Below, in pieces: positions 36,665 through 47,593 of a stretch of 55,947 nt of DNA (position 1 is its first letter; each line of letters starts with the position of its first letter). The translations under genes were made by a program, and so were the position numbers. Below the pieces are notes generated by a model. That model was not told the origin of the DNA. It saw only the letters and a list, made by a program, of their open reading frames with translations, and did not search any database. This DNA is from Prorocentrum cordatum (Eukaryota): the NCBI GenBank assembly GCA_963575745.1, contig CAUYUJ010000123.1, positions 62,001-117,947 of the forward strand, in the 5' to 3' direction.

Positions 36665-37498
36665 TCAGGAGCACGGGGAGGTTTCAGGAGAGGAGCAGTC
36701 GACCTCATTGAAGTAGAGCCGCTGCGCCACCTTGCGCCGCTGGTCCAAATAAGACCGCCGCCTCCTGGCCCGGTTGATCACGGTCAGGAATCGTGCCCTG
36801 CGCAGCCTGCCGCGGTACCACCGCTGGATCAGTGCCGCGGCCTGGGTCGGCGAGGGGGCGCTGCGCGGCTGCATCGTCGGCTGATGCACGGCCTGCGGCA
36901 GCTGCTGCGGCGTCGGCTGGAAGTCGGCATGCTGCCCAGGCTGCGGCTGCTGGTGCCATTGCTGCTGCCCCATCTGCTGTGAGTGATGCGGCGCAGGCTG
37001 GTGCACCGCTTCCAGTGCGGGCTGCTGTGGCGGCTGCTGAAACTGCTGCGGCAGCGGCTGATGCACCGCCTGCTGCTGGTACACATCCTGCTGGAACTGA
37101 TGCTGCTGAAGCTGCTGCTGGTATTGCTGCTCCAGGGGCAGCTGCTCCTGCTGCTGCTGCTGCTGCTGATGCTGCTGCTGCTGCTGCTGCTGATGCTGCT
37201 GCTGCAGCTGCTGCTGCTGCTGCTGAAACGCCACTGTGGGGGCGGTCGCATCCCCAACAATGTGCGGCTGCATCTGCAGCGTGGGCTGCAAGACCTCACC
37301 TGGCGGCTCCTGCAGCAGGTGCTGCTGCTGCTGCTGGAGGTGCTGCTGCTGCTGCTGCTGGACTTGCTGCTGCCACATCAACTGCTCTTGCTGCTGCTGA
37401 AGCGTCAATGCGGGAGCGGCTGCATCCCCGACAAAAGGCCGCTGCGGCTGCAGCGTGGCCGGCTGATGCGCTGCCCACTGCGATGGCGACTGCTCCAT
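36665..37498 (-). CDS. Gln-rich ORF with a C-terminal IQ-like (calmodulin-binding) motif
   Basis: ATG in GCCGCCATGG context, poly-Q (CAG), internally repeated AVHQP and VGDAxAP, and AAALIQRWYRGRLRR matching IQxxxRGxxxR. Confidence 0.5.
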   Translation of the reverse strand: MEQSPSQWAAHQPATLQPQRPFVGDAAAPALTLQQQQEQLMWQQQVQQQQQQHLQQQQQHLLQEPPGEVLQPTLQMQPHIVGDATAPTVAFQQQQQQLQQQHQQQQQQQHQQQQQQQEQLPLEQQYQQQLQQHQFQQDVYQQQAVHQPLPQQFQQPPQQPALEAVHQPAPHHSQQMGQQQWHQQPQPGQHADFQPTPQQLPQAVHQPTMQPRSAPSPTQAAALIQRWYRGRLRRARFLTVINRARRRRSYLDQRRKVAQRLYFNEVDCSSPETSPCS

Positions 37499-38199
37499 GG
37501 CGGCGGCGGAAGCGAGGGAGTGAAGGGAAGGGGGCCCTCCTTCTCCTCCACCTCCGCGAGGGGGACGGAGGGGATTCCCATGGAGGGGCCTGAGCGGCGC
37601 AGCGCGAACACGGCAGCATCACTGAGAGAGAGAGAGGTGAAGGCGGAGGCACTCGGCGCAGACAACCGGGAGGGAGGGCGCACCACAGACGCACTGATCT
37701 GATTCTCTCGGGCGGTATGCAAGTGGCACGCGCGCTCAGGATCATCAGCGGTACGATCGGCGAGCCAGGCGAGATAGGAGGCTCGGGAAGGGGCGGGGCC
37801 GTCATCGAGGCCGCTGTTTGGGCACGCGGCAGTCTGCCTCACAGAAGGGGCACCGCCCGCGGCGACACCGACAGCGAGCCCTGTCCAAGATGGGCAGGAA
37901 CTGCTGTCGCGGTCTCTGTACTCCAGATTTCGTAATCAAAGGGAGTGGGTCACAATCCTCCCAGACCACAAGTTTTAGACACCCCCGACCATCCATGAAA
38001 GGGCGGCACTTTGCCCAGACCCCCCCTAACCCTTCAAGACAGCTCAAATCAGACCCTCCCGCCAAATGTACCCCCCCTACTTTATGATGGAATCCGGAGT
38101 ACGTGCCCATTCGTTTCCGTACCCCACCTCGATCGCCCCGATCCCCGAGCCGAGGATCGACTCAGGCGCCCTCCCGACTCGGGCCGGGGAGGCCATCGC

Positions 38200-38397
38200 T
38201 CTGGGCCTGGGCCAAGGATACACACGTCGTTCATTTCTAATCGTGCTCATTTCTAATTTTGCTCGTTTCTGACTGTTCCTGGCCCCCTAGTGGCCAGGAA
38301 GAGGCCCAGGATAGAACACTTAGAAATGAAAGGATACTGGCCCCCCAACCAATCAAAGAACTTTCGAATACTTAGAAATGAAAATGTAGGCCCAGAC
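38200..38397. mobile_element. MITE-like element with inverted TCATTTCTAA/TTAGAAATGA motifs
   Basis: Two TCATTTCTAA on the left, two TTAGAAATGA on the right; CTGGGCCT / AGGCCCAG ends. Confidence 0.5.
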
Positions 38398-38707
38398 GGG
38401 GCGCGGTGTGCAGCGCGGGCGCGGCCGCGGGAAACCCTCGCGGGAAAGCCAGCCGAGAAGACCCGCGCGATCGGTGCGACGTCATGGGCAAGCCCACAGG
38501 GCACACTGAACCCAGACCCCCTCGCGCAGTGAAAACACATCGCGACGGGAGGTGCTTCGCCACTTTTGGCTTCGGGGCGCCCGTACTGGGCCTCGGGACC
38601 GTCCAAAAACGACTCAGGGGAATGGGTCGGGGCCGACGCTACGAACAAATCGTGACGTCGAGGGTCTGAGTGCACGGTTTCCCCCGGGGCCACAGGCGCC
38701 CCGACAA

Positions 38708-38880
38708 GGAGGAGGAGGAGGAGGAGGAGGAGGAGGAGGAGGAGGAGGAGGAGGAGGAGGAGGGAGGGGGAGGAGGAGGGAGGGCGGGAGGGAGGGAGGG
38801 GAGGAGGAGGCGGGTGGAGGAGGAGGAGGAGGAGGAGGAGGAGGAGGAGGAGGAGAGGAGGAGGAGAGGAGGAGGAGGAC
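38708..38880. repeat. (GGA)n microsatellite
   Basis: Directly visible. Confidence 0.95.
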
Positions 38881-39109
38881 GGATCGCCTGAGCCCTTCGA
38901 GAAAACCCTCCAAGCTCTCTTGGGGCCATCTCGGGGCCCGTGCGGGCCGGGTCGCAGGGCCCGGGGGCCGGCTGGAGGGGTCTGGGGCCCGGGGCCGCCG
39001 CCGGGCGAGCGAGCCCTCTTGACTCTTGAGCGAGAGCGCCGGACGTGTGCGCAAGCCGCTGGGATCTGCACGACCTGGGGGCGCTGCGTCCCCGCGCGTG
39101 GCTGCCTAC

Positions 39110-39260
39110 CTCCCAGACCACCCCAACCCAGCCCGAAGACCCGAATTTCGGGTGGGGGGGGGTAAGGGTTCCATCTGTGTTTTTTCAATGTTTCCAGACC
39201 CCCCCCTGGAAATCGAGGGTCAATCTGCGCCTTCGGGTTGGGTTGGGGTGGTTTGGTGGA
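39110..39260. mobile_element. MITE-like element, same family as 13133-13326
   Basis: Same TIRs and interior. Confidence 0.75.
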
Positions 39261-39982
39261 TGGTGAGTGGCTGCATCCTCCCTCCTGCCTCCCCTAGGTG
39301 AAGTCCACAAGCTCTCCAGCAGGACGAGTCAGCGGGGAGCGTCCCGGATAATAGGCCCCCGGGAGCCCCGAGACGGTGAACAACAATCCTGGCCCCCTTC
39401 CCTCCAGGACCTCTCGTCTTCAGGCGGAGCAGAGGCGAGAGAGGCCCAAGAACACAAGACAGTTCCGAAGGCTACAATGCCATACTCTAGATTTCTTAAT
39501 AACCGTGGGGGGGTACCCCCCCGACGGGGGTCAACCTCGCCTCGTCGTCGCTCCGCGACGGGGGTCGGAGCGCCTTCGGCGCGCGGTGGCTGCCCGCGAC
39601 GGGGGTCGATGTGGGGCTTTCGGCGGGGGTGACGCCCCCCCGGACGCTTCTTCAAAAACTACGAGCAGGCACGTAGAAGGCACGGGCCGCGAACCACAGG
39701 ACACGAGCGTACTCTTGACTCGGCAGGGTCGCCCTGCTCATCAGTCTCGACTCCAGGTCTCCCCTTCTACTCCTCCGGCTCCTCCTGCTCCTCCTCCTCC
39801 TCCACCACCTCCTCCTCCTCCTCCTCCTCCTCCTCCCTGCTTATCAGTCTCGACTCCAGGACCCCTCTTCTCCAAGCCGAGCAGAGGCGAGAGCCGTCCA
39901 GGCCCGGGCGTGGTTGCTTGCTTGGCTCGGCTTGCCTTCGCGCCTGGCGCCGCGCGCCACACCCTCGCTCGGCGGGGAAAAG

Positions 39983-40548
39983 AAGGGGGAGGGGAGGAGA
40001 CCGGGGGAGGAGGAGGGGAGGGGACGAAGGAGGGAGGAGGAGGGGAGGGAGGGAGGGAGGGAGGGAGGGAGGGAGGGAGGGAGGGAGGAGAAGGAGGAGG
40101 AGAAAGAGGAGGAGAAGGAGGAGGAGGAGGGGGGGGGATGAGGAGGATGAGGAGGATGAGAGGAGGAGGAGGAGGAGGAGAAGGAGGTGGAGGAGGAGGA
40201 GAGGGAGAGGAGGAGGAGGGAGGAGGAGGAGGAGGGAGGAGGAGGAGGAGGAGGAGGAGGAGGAGGAGGAGGAGGAGGAGGAGGAGGAGGAGGAGGAGGA
40301 GGAGGAGGAGGAGGAGAGGAGGAGGAGGAGGGGGAGGAGGAGGAGGAGGAGGAGGAGGAGGAGGAGGGGAGGAGGAGGAGGAGGAGGAGGAGGAGAGGAG
40401 GAGGGAGGAGGAGGAGGAGGAGGAGGAGGAGGAGGAGGAGGAGGAGGAGGAGGAGGAGGAGGAGGAGGAGAGGAGGAGGAGGAGGAGGAGGAGGAGGAGG
40501 AGGAGGAGGAGAGGGAGGAGGAGGAGGAGTAGGAGGAGGAGGGGGGGG
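39983..40548. repeat. (GGA)n microsatellite
   Basis: Directly visible. Confidence 0.97.
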
Positions 40549-41289
40549 GCCGGGATTTTGGATTGCGCTGCTGATGAAGCGCATGGCCTGTCAGCTAATG
40601 GCGGCGCTGCAGCTAGCAGAGGCAGTTAGCACAGTCAACTCGTGTGGCTGTGCTAAGAGGCGAAGCTCGCAAACTCTGCACGGGCACCTGAAGTCAAGTC
40701 AGACAGTAACTTCCTCCACCCATCCTGCCTAACCCCACGAATCCCACCCAGTCCCATAGTATTAACTACGCGCGCAACTGGGTGCGAGGCAGCCATGTGG
40801 ACGCAGAGCGTCTGATACTAGGCGGAGAAGGGTTGAAACTTTCAACCGTGGCCAGGAAGTGGCGGCAGACAGGGTGGGCAATCCTGAACGGTTGCTCTCG
40901 GCGTATCCCTGGCCGCGCCAGGACATCACGCTACACAGAGATGTACTCGCTGACTTATCCCCTCCACAATGCTACCAGCCACTCCCACGCCCATCCTTAT
41001 CTGCAAGACAAAAGCAAGAAAGGCTGGCGGCAGGCGGGGGCTGCGGCGTGCAGCCGCATGAGCGCCTGGCTGGCGGCGCGCGGACCGACGGACACTCGGG
41101 GGTTCGGTGCCACACGCAACGGGTGTGTGGTTAGCGACGGACTACGCTCACCGAGCCCCCTGCCGCTGCCCCCCGCGGGCCAAGGCTTGAAGCTAGACAG
41201 TCGGGCGGTGACAGAACCGCGAGGGGGCGCACCTCTGCCCAGGTTGACGGTGGAGAGAGAGCAGGCGAGCGGGTGGCAAGCAGGCGGCG

Positions 41290-42050
41290 GCGGAAAGCAG
41301 CAAGAGAGGCAGGCACATGCCTCTCCGATCTCAGCACGTCCGCCCAACCTGCCATACCCAACCCCCTCTCGAATAAGAGCGCCCTATGGCCCCCTCCCCT
41401 CACGGTTCGACCCTTGGTTCGGCCGACCTGGCTGACACTCGAGCTGGCGACAGTTGCGCACGTCAACTGCTTTCAGTGAAACCTGTTGCGCACCGTCTGA
41501 AATTTAGTCTCAGAGAGAGAGGGCAAGAGGGCGGGGCAGCACATGCAGGCAGGCCGTGCACAAGAGAGAGCAAGAGAGGCGGGCTGCCGCTCTCTCTGAC
41601 TGTTGCTACACTGCCTCGCTGCTGATACCTCCAACTGCCCGACCTACCAATCCCAGCCCTCTCCCGACTACACGACGCGGTCTTCACGACCGCTGTGGCT
41701 CTCAAAGCCGCTGGGCTCAACGACTTTACCTCGGCGAGAGCCGCTGTGGGGCGGGGGCTTCGCGAGTTCCTTTCGGAGCGCCCACTATGGCCCCCTCCCC
41801 TCACGGATCGACCCTCGGTTCGGCCGACAAGGCTGACGCTCGAGATGGCAACAGTTGCGCATTGCGACTGCTGTCAGTCAAACGTGATGCGTCTTATCTG
41901 AAAAATCTGGTCTCAGAGGGAGAGAGGGCAAGAGGGCGGGTCGGCACTGCAGGCAGGCCGAAGCGATGAAAGAGCAAAAGAGGCGGGCTGCCGCTCTCTC
42001 CGCTTGCTGTTACCCTGCCCCGCTGCTAGCACCTCGACCAATCCCCCAAC
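41290..42050. repeat. Diverged ~401-bp tandem repeat (2 units plus a partial) inside element C
   Basis: TATGGCCCCCTCCCCTCACGG at 41385 and 41786; AGAGGCGGGCTGCCGCTCTCTC near 41575 and 41979. Confidence 0.85.
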
Positions 42051-43236
42051 GTTCCCTCCATACTACAAAAATCACCTGAAACTGCGGCCATCGGATACTC
42101 CTGGAAACTGAAGGTGGCCGGCAGACACACATCCATGGTCCAAGAGAGGCTGACTGCAGCAAAACTGATCCACGTGAAAGTTAGGCCTACTGTGGCGCAA
42201 CTCTGGGTCAGACGGCTATGGAATGCAAGCTCGTTCAGCGGACGTGATTCCAGCTCAGCTCGGAACTGGCGGATGAGCTGGGGGTTATCTGTATACCACC
42301 ACGGGGCTAGGCAAACGAGGAGGGCACGCATGAACCATAGCACCAGCCACGAGGCAAGGTCTTAGCACAGCTCGAAACACTGGCAACATAGGCGGAGAGA
42401 TCAGAGCACGGCCACACAAGTACCCCACTGTCAGCCTGCTCGCCTGTCAAACCCCAAGACGGTGGTCCACCCAAGTGCCGTGTGCGTGGCGCGGGTGTCT
42501 GTGAGCTTCTAGGAAGGTGAGATAAGAGAGGTAACGAAAGGCTCGAAAGACGAAATAGTTGTGAGAGCAAGGCCAGGGCTGACAAAGTGCCTGACTGAAA
42601 TGCAATCCCTTACCCATCCACCGCCTACACCTGAGGCCCTCCACCCAACATCCTATTTACTCGTGCGCATTATCAAACAGCCCTACCCCGAAACCGGGTT
42701 GGAAAGTCCATGGGGCTATTCGCTGAGCGAGTCGAATCCGACGTCGCTCTCTAGCTTGCGCACGCTTGGCAGCAATTAGGGTACGCAAGTCTGGCGTGAG
42801 CTCAACGGGCTGTGGGGGCGGCGGGGGACACGGAGATTGGGAAACGGGTGCAAAGGGCGGAGCAAGCGAGCAGACGGGAGTGAGAGAGCAAGATAGCCAG
42901 GGCTGGCACAGTAGCCTGACTAGATCAGTGCAATCTGGAATTGGGCAGCGTGGCTGCTGCTGGGCCTCGGGCTCCATCCGAGGTGAGTGTCAGTCGGCCT
43001 GACTGGCGCAGCGCCAATCGCAGGCGGGCCTTGAGACGGCTCAGCGGCAGCCCTCTCGCCCCCCTTGGCCCGCCCGCCATGACACATCACCCCAGCGTCG
43101 ACGTCGCTCCCTCGCTGCCCTCGGTGGAGCCGGCGCGGCCGCCGCACGGCATGAAGCCATCTGGCGCTTCGCGCCGTGGGCTGTGGCTGCGGCTGTGCCT
43201 CTGGCGGCGGCTGGCTGCACCTGCAACGGCATCCTC

Positions 43237-44877
43237 TCATGCCTCTGCGGCGACGGCGGCACGGCCGTGCGGCGACGGTGGCAGGGCGCCGCGGCCGCGG
43301 TGACTGCGCGCACCTGGCCGCGCTGACGCTTGGCGAGCCAACGCGTCTCGCAGTCCCTGCTGTCCATCAGGGCGACGCGCACGTTCTGCAGCCTTCCTCT
43401 CAGCACGCTGAGCTGCCCTCGCCTTGCGGGCCGCCTCGGCCGCGGCAGCCGCAGCAACATCCTCCTCGGCGCTGACTGGCGCCTCGACGGCGTCGGCGGC
43501 GGCGGGTCCAGCAGCGCCCCATGCCGCACCCACGGCGGCGCCCGCAGGCGGGGGCCCCCCCTGGGGGCCGCGGGCCATAGGTGCGTCGGCCGGCACGGGG
43601 TAGGCCGCGGCAGGAGCCTCAGGCCTGGGCGCGGGGGCCACTGGCCCCAGGCGCTGGGGGGGCCCTGCAAAGGGCCGCACCTCGGGCGCAGGCGCGTCGC
43701 CATGCGCCACTCCACCGCGCGCCGCCGCCATCTGACCCTGCATCGTCGTCAGCAGCTGCGTGAGGCCGACGAGCTGCTGGGTGAGGGCTGCCTGGCCAGC
43801 CTGCAGCTCCGCGATGGCCGCGATGGGCGGCGCGCGGTCGGGCGGCGTGGCTGGGGCTGCATCGCCCTCAGCGCCTGCCACGGGCGTCGGCGTGATGGGC
43901 TCCTCCATCGGCTCGTCGCCCGTGGGGGCCATGGCCTCGAGCTGCTCCAGGAGCGTCTTGGCGCGGCCGAGGGCCTCGGCGCGCTGACGCACCTTCGCCT
44001 CCAGCTCCGCGAGCTCCTCACGCGCCTGCGCAGCCGCGGCCTCGGCCTTCTCCAGCTTGGCCTGAGCCCTCTGGACGAAGCTGCGCTGGCGGTCGCATCG
44101 TACGCCAGCTGGGCGGGCCAGGATGATCATGCTGAGCTGCACGGCGTACTCCTCCTCCTGCGGCCGCCTCTGCTCCAGACTCATGCCGAGCTCGATGGCG
44201 GCCTGCGGCCTCTTGCCCGTGGCGGCCGCCATCTGGCGCAGTGAGCGCCTGTGGGCTGTGAGCCCGCGCTCATCCGATGGCGGCTCGACCCAGGCTGGGT
44301 GGGCCCGCGCGTCCGACGGCAGCGCGGGAAGGATGCCGAGCGCGGGGTTGCGGCCGTCCTCGTCGCCATCCGATGCATCAGATTCGCCTCCAGCAGAACG
44401 CCTCCGTCGCCCATCGCCGTCGGCGGAGCGCCGGCGGCGGCTCGAGGCCGACCTCGGCCGCGGATCGCCTCCGTCGTCCTCCGTGCCCTCGTGCTCGAAG
44501 CGGACTCGCGAGGCTGACCGCGGCCTCGGCTCGGCCTCGGGCTGACGTGCCTCGCCCTTGCCGCCGCGGCGCCGACGCCTCGAGGCAGAACGAGGCAGGC
44601 GGCCGTCACCGCGCGGGCCCGCGCGCGGGCGCGCTGTCCCTCCTCCGTCTCCATGCATTGGACCATGCTCGGGAAGAGGGAAGCAAGTGCGGCACAGGGC
44701 GTCAGCAGGGCCGTTGAGTCCTCCGCACGACGGGCACCACCATCCAGGCGGCGGCGGCGGCACGGCCCACGGCGGAGTGCTGCCACTCTGCCCGCTGTGG
44801 CCGCCGCCCGAACTGCCCTTGCCGCTGCCCTTGCGGCCCTGGCCGCCTTTGCCCCCGCCTCCAGCACGGCCTGACAT
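43237..44877 (-). CDS. ORF1 of element C (RanBP2-type Zn ribbon, coiled coil); probably extends to TTG at 45018
   Basis: MSGRAGGGGKGGQG start, WWCPSCGGLNGPADALCRTC, shared block HPAWVEPPSDERGL. Confidence 0.75.
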   Translation of the reverse strand: MSGRAGGGGKGGQGRKGSGKGSSGGGHSGQSGSTPPWAVPPPPPGWWCPSCGGLNGPADALCRTCFPLPEHGPMHGDGGGTARPRAGPRGDGRLPRSASRRRRRGGKGEARQPEAEPRPRSASRVRFEHEGTEDDGGDPRPRSASSRRRRSADGDGRRRRSAGGESDASDGDEDGRNPALGILPALPSDARAHPAWVEPPSDERGLTAHRRSLRQMAAATGKRPQAAIELGMSLEQRRPQEEEYAVQLSMIILARPAGVRCDRQRSFVQRAQAKLEKAEAAAAQAREELAELEAKVRQRAEALGRAKTLLEQLEAMAPTGDEPMEEPITPTPVAGAEGDAAPATPPDRAPPIAAIAELQAGQAALTQQLVGLTQLLTTMQGQMAAARGGVAHGDAPAPEVRPFAGPPQRLGPVAPAPRPEAPAAAYPVPADAPMARGPQGGPPPAGAAVGAAWGAAGPAAADAVEAPVSAEEDVAAAAAAEAARKARAAQRAERKAAERARRPDGQQGLRDALARQASARPGARSHRGRGALPPSPHGRAAVAAEA

Positions 44878-45700
44878 CAGCCCGTTGCTGTGGTGCGCGC
44901 GCAGCCTCGCAGCGGCAGCGGCGACGCGCAGCAAGGTGCGCGACTGCGTGCGCCGCTCGCGAGCGCGCCTGTGCCAGGCGGGCTCGCGCACGCGCAGCCG
45001 GCGCCGCGCCCTGCGCAAAGCGGGCGCCCGCGCCGTCGTGCGCCCGCCCACTCTGGGGGCGGCGCACGCCGCAGCACAGCAGCACGGCCGGCCCGCACGC
45101 CACCAGCAAGGGCGCGGGCGAGCGCGTATGGCCGCCGAGTCCCGCGAGGCTCGCAGGTATCCTGGATACCTGCACCCAAAAACCTCGGGCCGGGACGGCG
45201 GCTGGGGGACCGGGGGAGGGGGAGGAGGAGGCGGAGGAGGGGGAGGAGGAGGGAGGAAGAAGGGGGGGAGGGGGAGGAAGGGACAGGGACGGGAGGCGGA
45301 GGGGAGGAGAAGGGGAGGGGAGAGCGCCCCGCGCGTCGCTGGCCGCCCAGCGGGCCCGACGGGCCACAGCGCCGCGCCGCGCGAGACCGCTCGGCTGACC
45401 GCCCCCGCGGCCGCCGCCACCGCAGTGCCCTCTCGCTGCCCTCCTGGAGGAGTCTCTATTTTTCCTTGGGAGAGAAACGCTGCGAGCTCGTGCTCAACAA
45501 GGTCGCGGCTTCTGGCGGCTTGACGCCTGATGTGCCCTCGACCAGGGCTCGGAGCGCGTAGCGCTGCGGGCGGCCACGGTGGGTTCCATCCTCGCCTGCA
45601 GCAGCTCGCCGAAAAGCAAAGGCGCGTGCTGCCACGCCCCGAGCTTCTCGCAGCCGACGGTTGCGGTTCCTAGAACCTGTAGTCGGGCCCCACTTTCACC

Positions 45701-46785
45701 TCAAACACCTCGACGAGCAGCAACGAGGCCAGTTGCACCAGCCTCCAGCTTCGACCCCAACACCTCGTTGAGCAGCGACAGGGCCCGCTGCCACTGCCCC
45801 CCGGTGCTGCACGCGCTGATCCCAGCACTGTAGCTGATGATATTGGGATCCAACTTCGACGCCGACATCTCGCTGAGCAGCGACAGGGCCCGCTGCCACT
45901 GCTGACCTTTCACGCAAGCACTGATCCCAGCACTGAAGCTGATGACAGTGGGCTCCAGCTCCGACCCCAACATCTCGCTGAGCAGCGACAGGGCCCGCTG
46001 CCACTGCTGACCTTTCTCGCAAGCGCTGATCCCAGCGTTGTAGCTGATGACAGTGGGCTCCAACTTTGACCCCAACATCTCGCTGAGCAGCGACAGGGCA
46101 CGCTGCCACTGCTGACCTTTCTCGCAAGCGCTGATCCCAGCGTTGTAGCTGATCATAGTGGGTTCCAGCCTCGTCTCGACCATGTCGCTTAGCAGCGACA
46201 GGGCCAGCTGCCACTGCTGACATTTCTCGCAAGCACTGATCCCAGCGTTGTAGCTGATGACAGTGGGCTCCAGCTTCGACACCAACATCTCGTTGAGCAG
46301 CGACAGGGCCCGCTGCCACTGCTGACATTTCCCGCAAGCGCTGATCCCAGCACTGTAGCTGATGACATCGGGCTCCAACATCGACCCCGACATCTCGCTG
46401 AGCAGCGACAGGGCCCGCTGCCACTGCTTACCTTTCTCGCAAGCGCTGATCACGCCGTTGTAGCTGATGACATCGGGCTCCAGAATCGACCCCAACATCT
46501 CGCTGAGCAGCAACAGGGCCCGCTGCCACTGGTGACCTTTCTCGCAAGCGCTGATCCCAGCACTGAAGCTGATGACATCGGGCTGCGACTTCAACACCAA
46601 CATCTCGCTGAGCAGCGACAGGGCCCGCTGCCACTGCTGACCTTTCACGCAAGCGCTGATCCCAGCGTTGTAGCTGATGACAGTGGGCTCCAACTTTGAC
46701 CCCAACATCTCGCTGAGCAGCGACAGGGCACGCTGCCACTGCTTACCTTTCTCGCAAGCGCTGATCCCAGCATTGTAGCTGACTA
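45701..46785 (-). CDS. Pentatricopeptide repeat (PPR) array, 10 x 35 aa; probably an internal or terminal exon, or an orphan fragment
   Basis: 105-bp repeats encoding VISYNAGISACEKGQQWQRALSLLSEMLGSKLEPT. No ATG; a possible AG acceptor lies near 46783. Confidence 0.92.
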
Positions 46786-47426
46786 GGGCTAAGCCGTGGA
46801 CTCCGTCCACGACCTCTGTCTCGAATGGTCATCGGAGGACCGGCGGAGAGTTCGCCGAGAACCTATAAGCACGGATGCGGCTGGGGCGGTAGTAGCGAGA
46901 CCGCGCCTTCGCGCCCGAGCTCTTGCAGCGCTCCAGCAGCCTGGCCCAGGCGCATGGCTCGTTCGCCCCTCTCCCAGTGGTGGCAGTCTTGAAGTCTCTC
47001 GGGGGCTGTGCTGTTGGCCTCTGCTGCTCTCCTGCTGCCCTCTGCTGCTGGTCCCTGCTGCTTTTTCTGCTGACCTCTGACGCCCTCTGCTTCTCTCTGC
47101 TGCTCTCTGCTGCTCTGTGCTGCTTTCTGCTGGTATCTGCTGCTCTCTGCCAGAGGAGGAGGAGGAGGGGGAGGAGGGGGTGGATGAGGAGGAGGAGGAG
47201 GAGGAGGAGGAGGAGGAGGAGGAGGAGGAGGAGGAGGGGGAAGGACCTTTGCTGGTGTCTGTGCGCCAAAGCCGAAGCCCATCTGAGGCGCCTCGGAAGC
47301 GCCCGGGGACAGGGCTCGGGAGGCCCTCGGGGAGAGCCGCCAGGGGGCGCCGGGGAGGCTCGAAGGATCTCCAGGGGGGGCCCAGGAAAGCTTCACAAGA
47401 GGGCGTGACATTGAGGAGATCGGTCT

Positions 47427-47593
47427 ACTCTGTAAGACCGGTTTTTTCAAGGCAGATCTGCCTTCAAAAGAACGGTTTTACTTTGAAGGCAAATCTGCCT
47501 TCAAAACACCGTTTCTCGAAGGCAGACCTGCCTTCAAAGAACCGGTTTTACTTTGAAGCCAGATCTGCCTTCAAAGAACCGTTCTTACAGAGT
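47427..47593. mobile_element. MITE-like element with four internal GAAGGCAGATCTGCCTTC palindromes
   Basis: 34-bp TIRs (ACTCTGTAAGA.CGGTT.TTT.AAGGCAGATCTG, 3 mismatches). Confidence 0.8.

Larger units (their letters stand above)
40550..45210 (-). mobile_element. Element C: ORF1-bearing, RT-less (non-autonomous or internally deleted) LINE relative between two (GGA)n tracts
   Basis: ORF1 homologous to those of A and B, a long 5' hairpin, and 3' motifs shared with LINE B. No RT, APE or RNase H motifs seen in the 2.7 kb after ORF1. Confidence 0.65.

Noticed and set aside
36793..37702. Plus-strand poly-Ala/poly-Leu ORFs, and antisense ORFs over elements A, C and D
   Set aside because: These are shadow frames of CAG repeats and of GC-rich coding sequence on the opposite strand.
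40565..40625. Hammerhead ribozyme at CTGATGA (also at ~11987)
   Set aside because: There is no correctly placed GAAA and no stem III/UH site.
41400..41425. tRNA or B-box (GGTTCGACCC)
   Set aside because: No cloverleaf or A-box, and the second repeat copy reads GGATCGACCC.
47448..47580. Mini CRISPR-like palindromic repeats
   Set aside because: The spacers resemble each other and the unit is enclosed by TIRs, so it is MITE-like.
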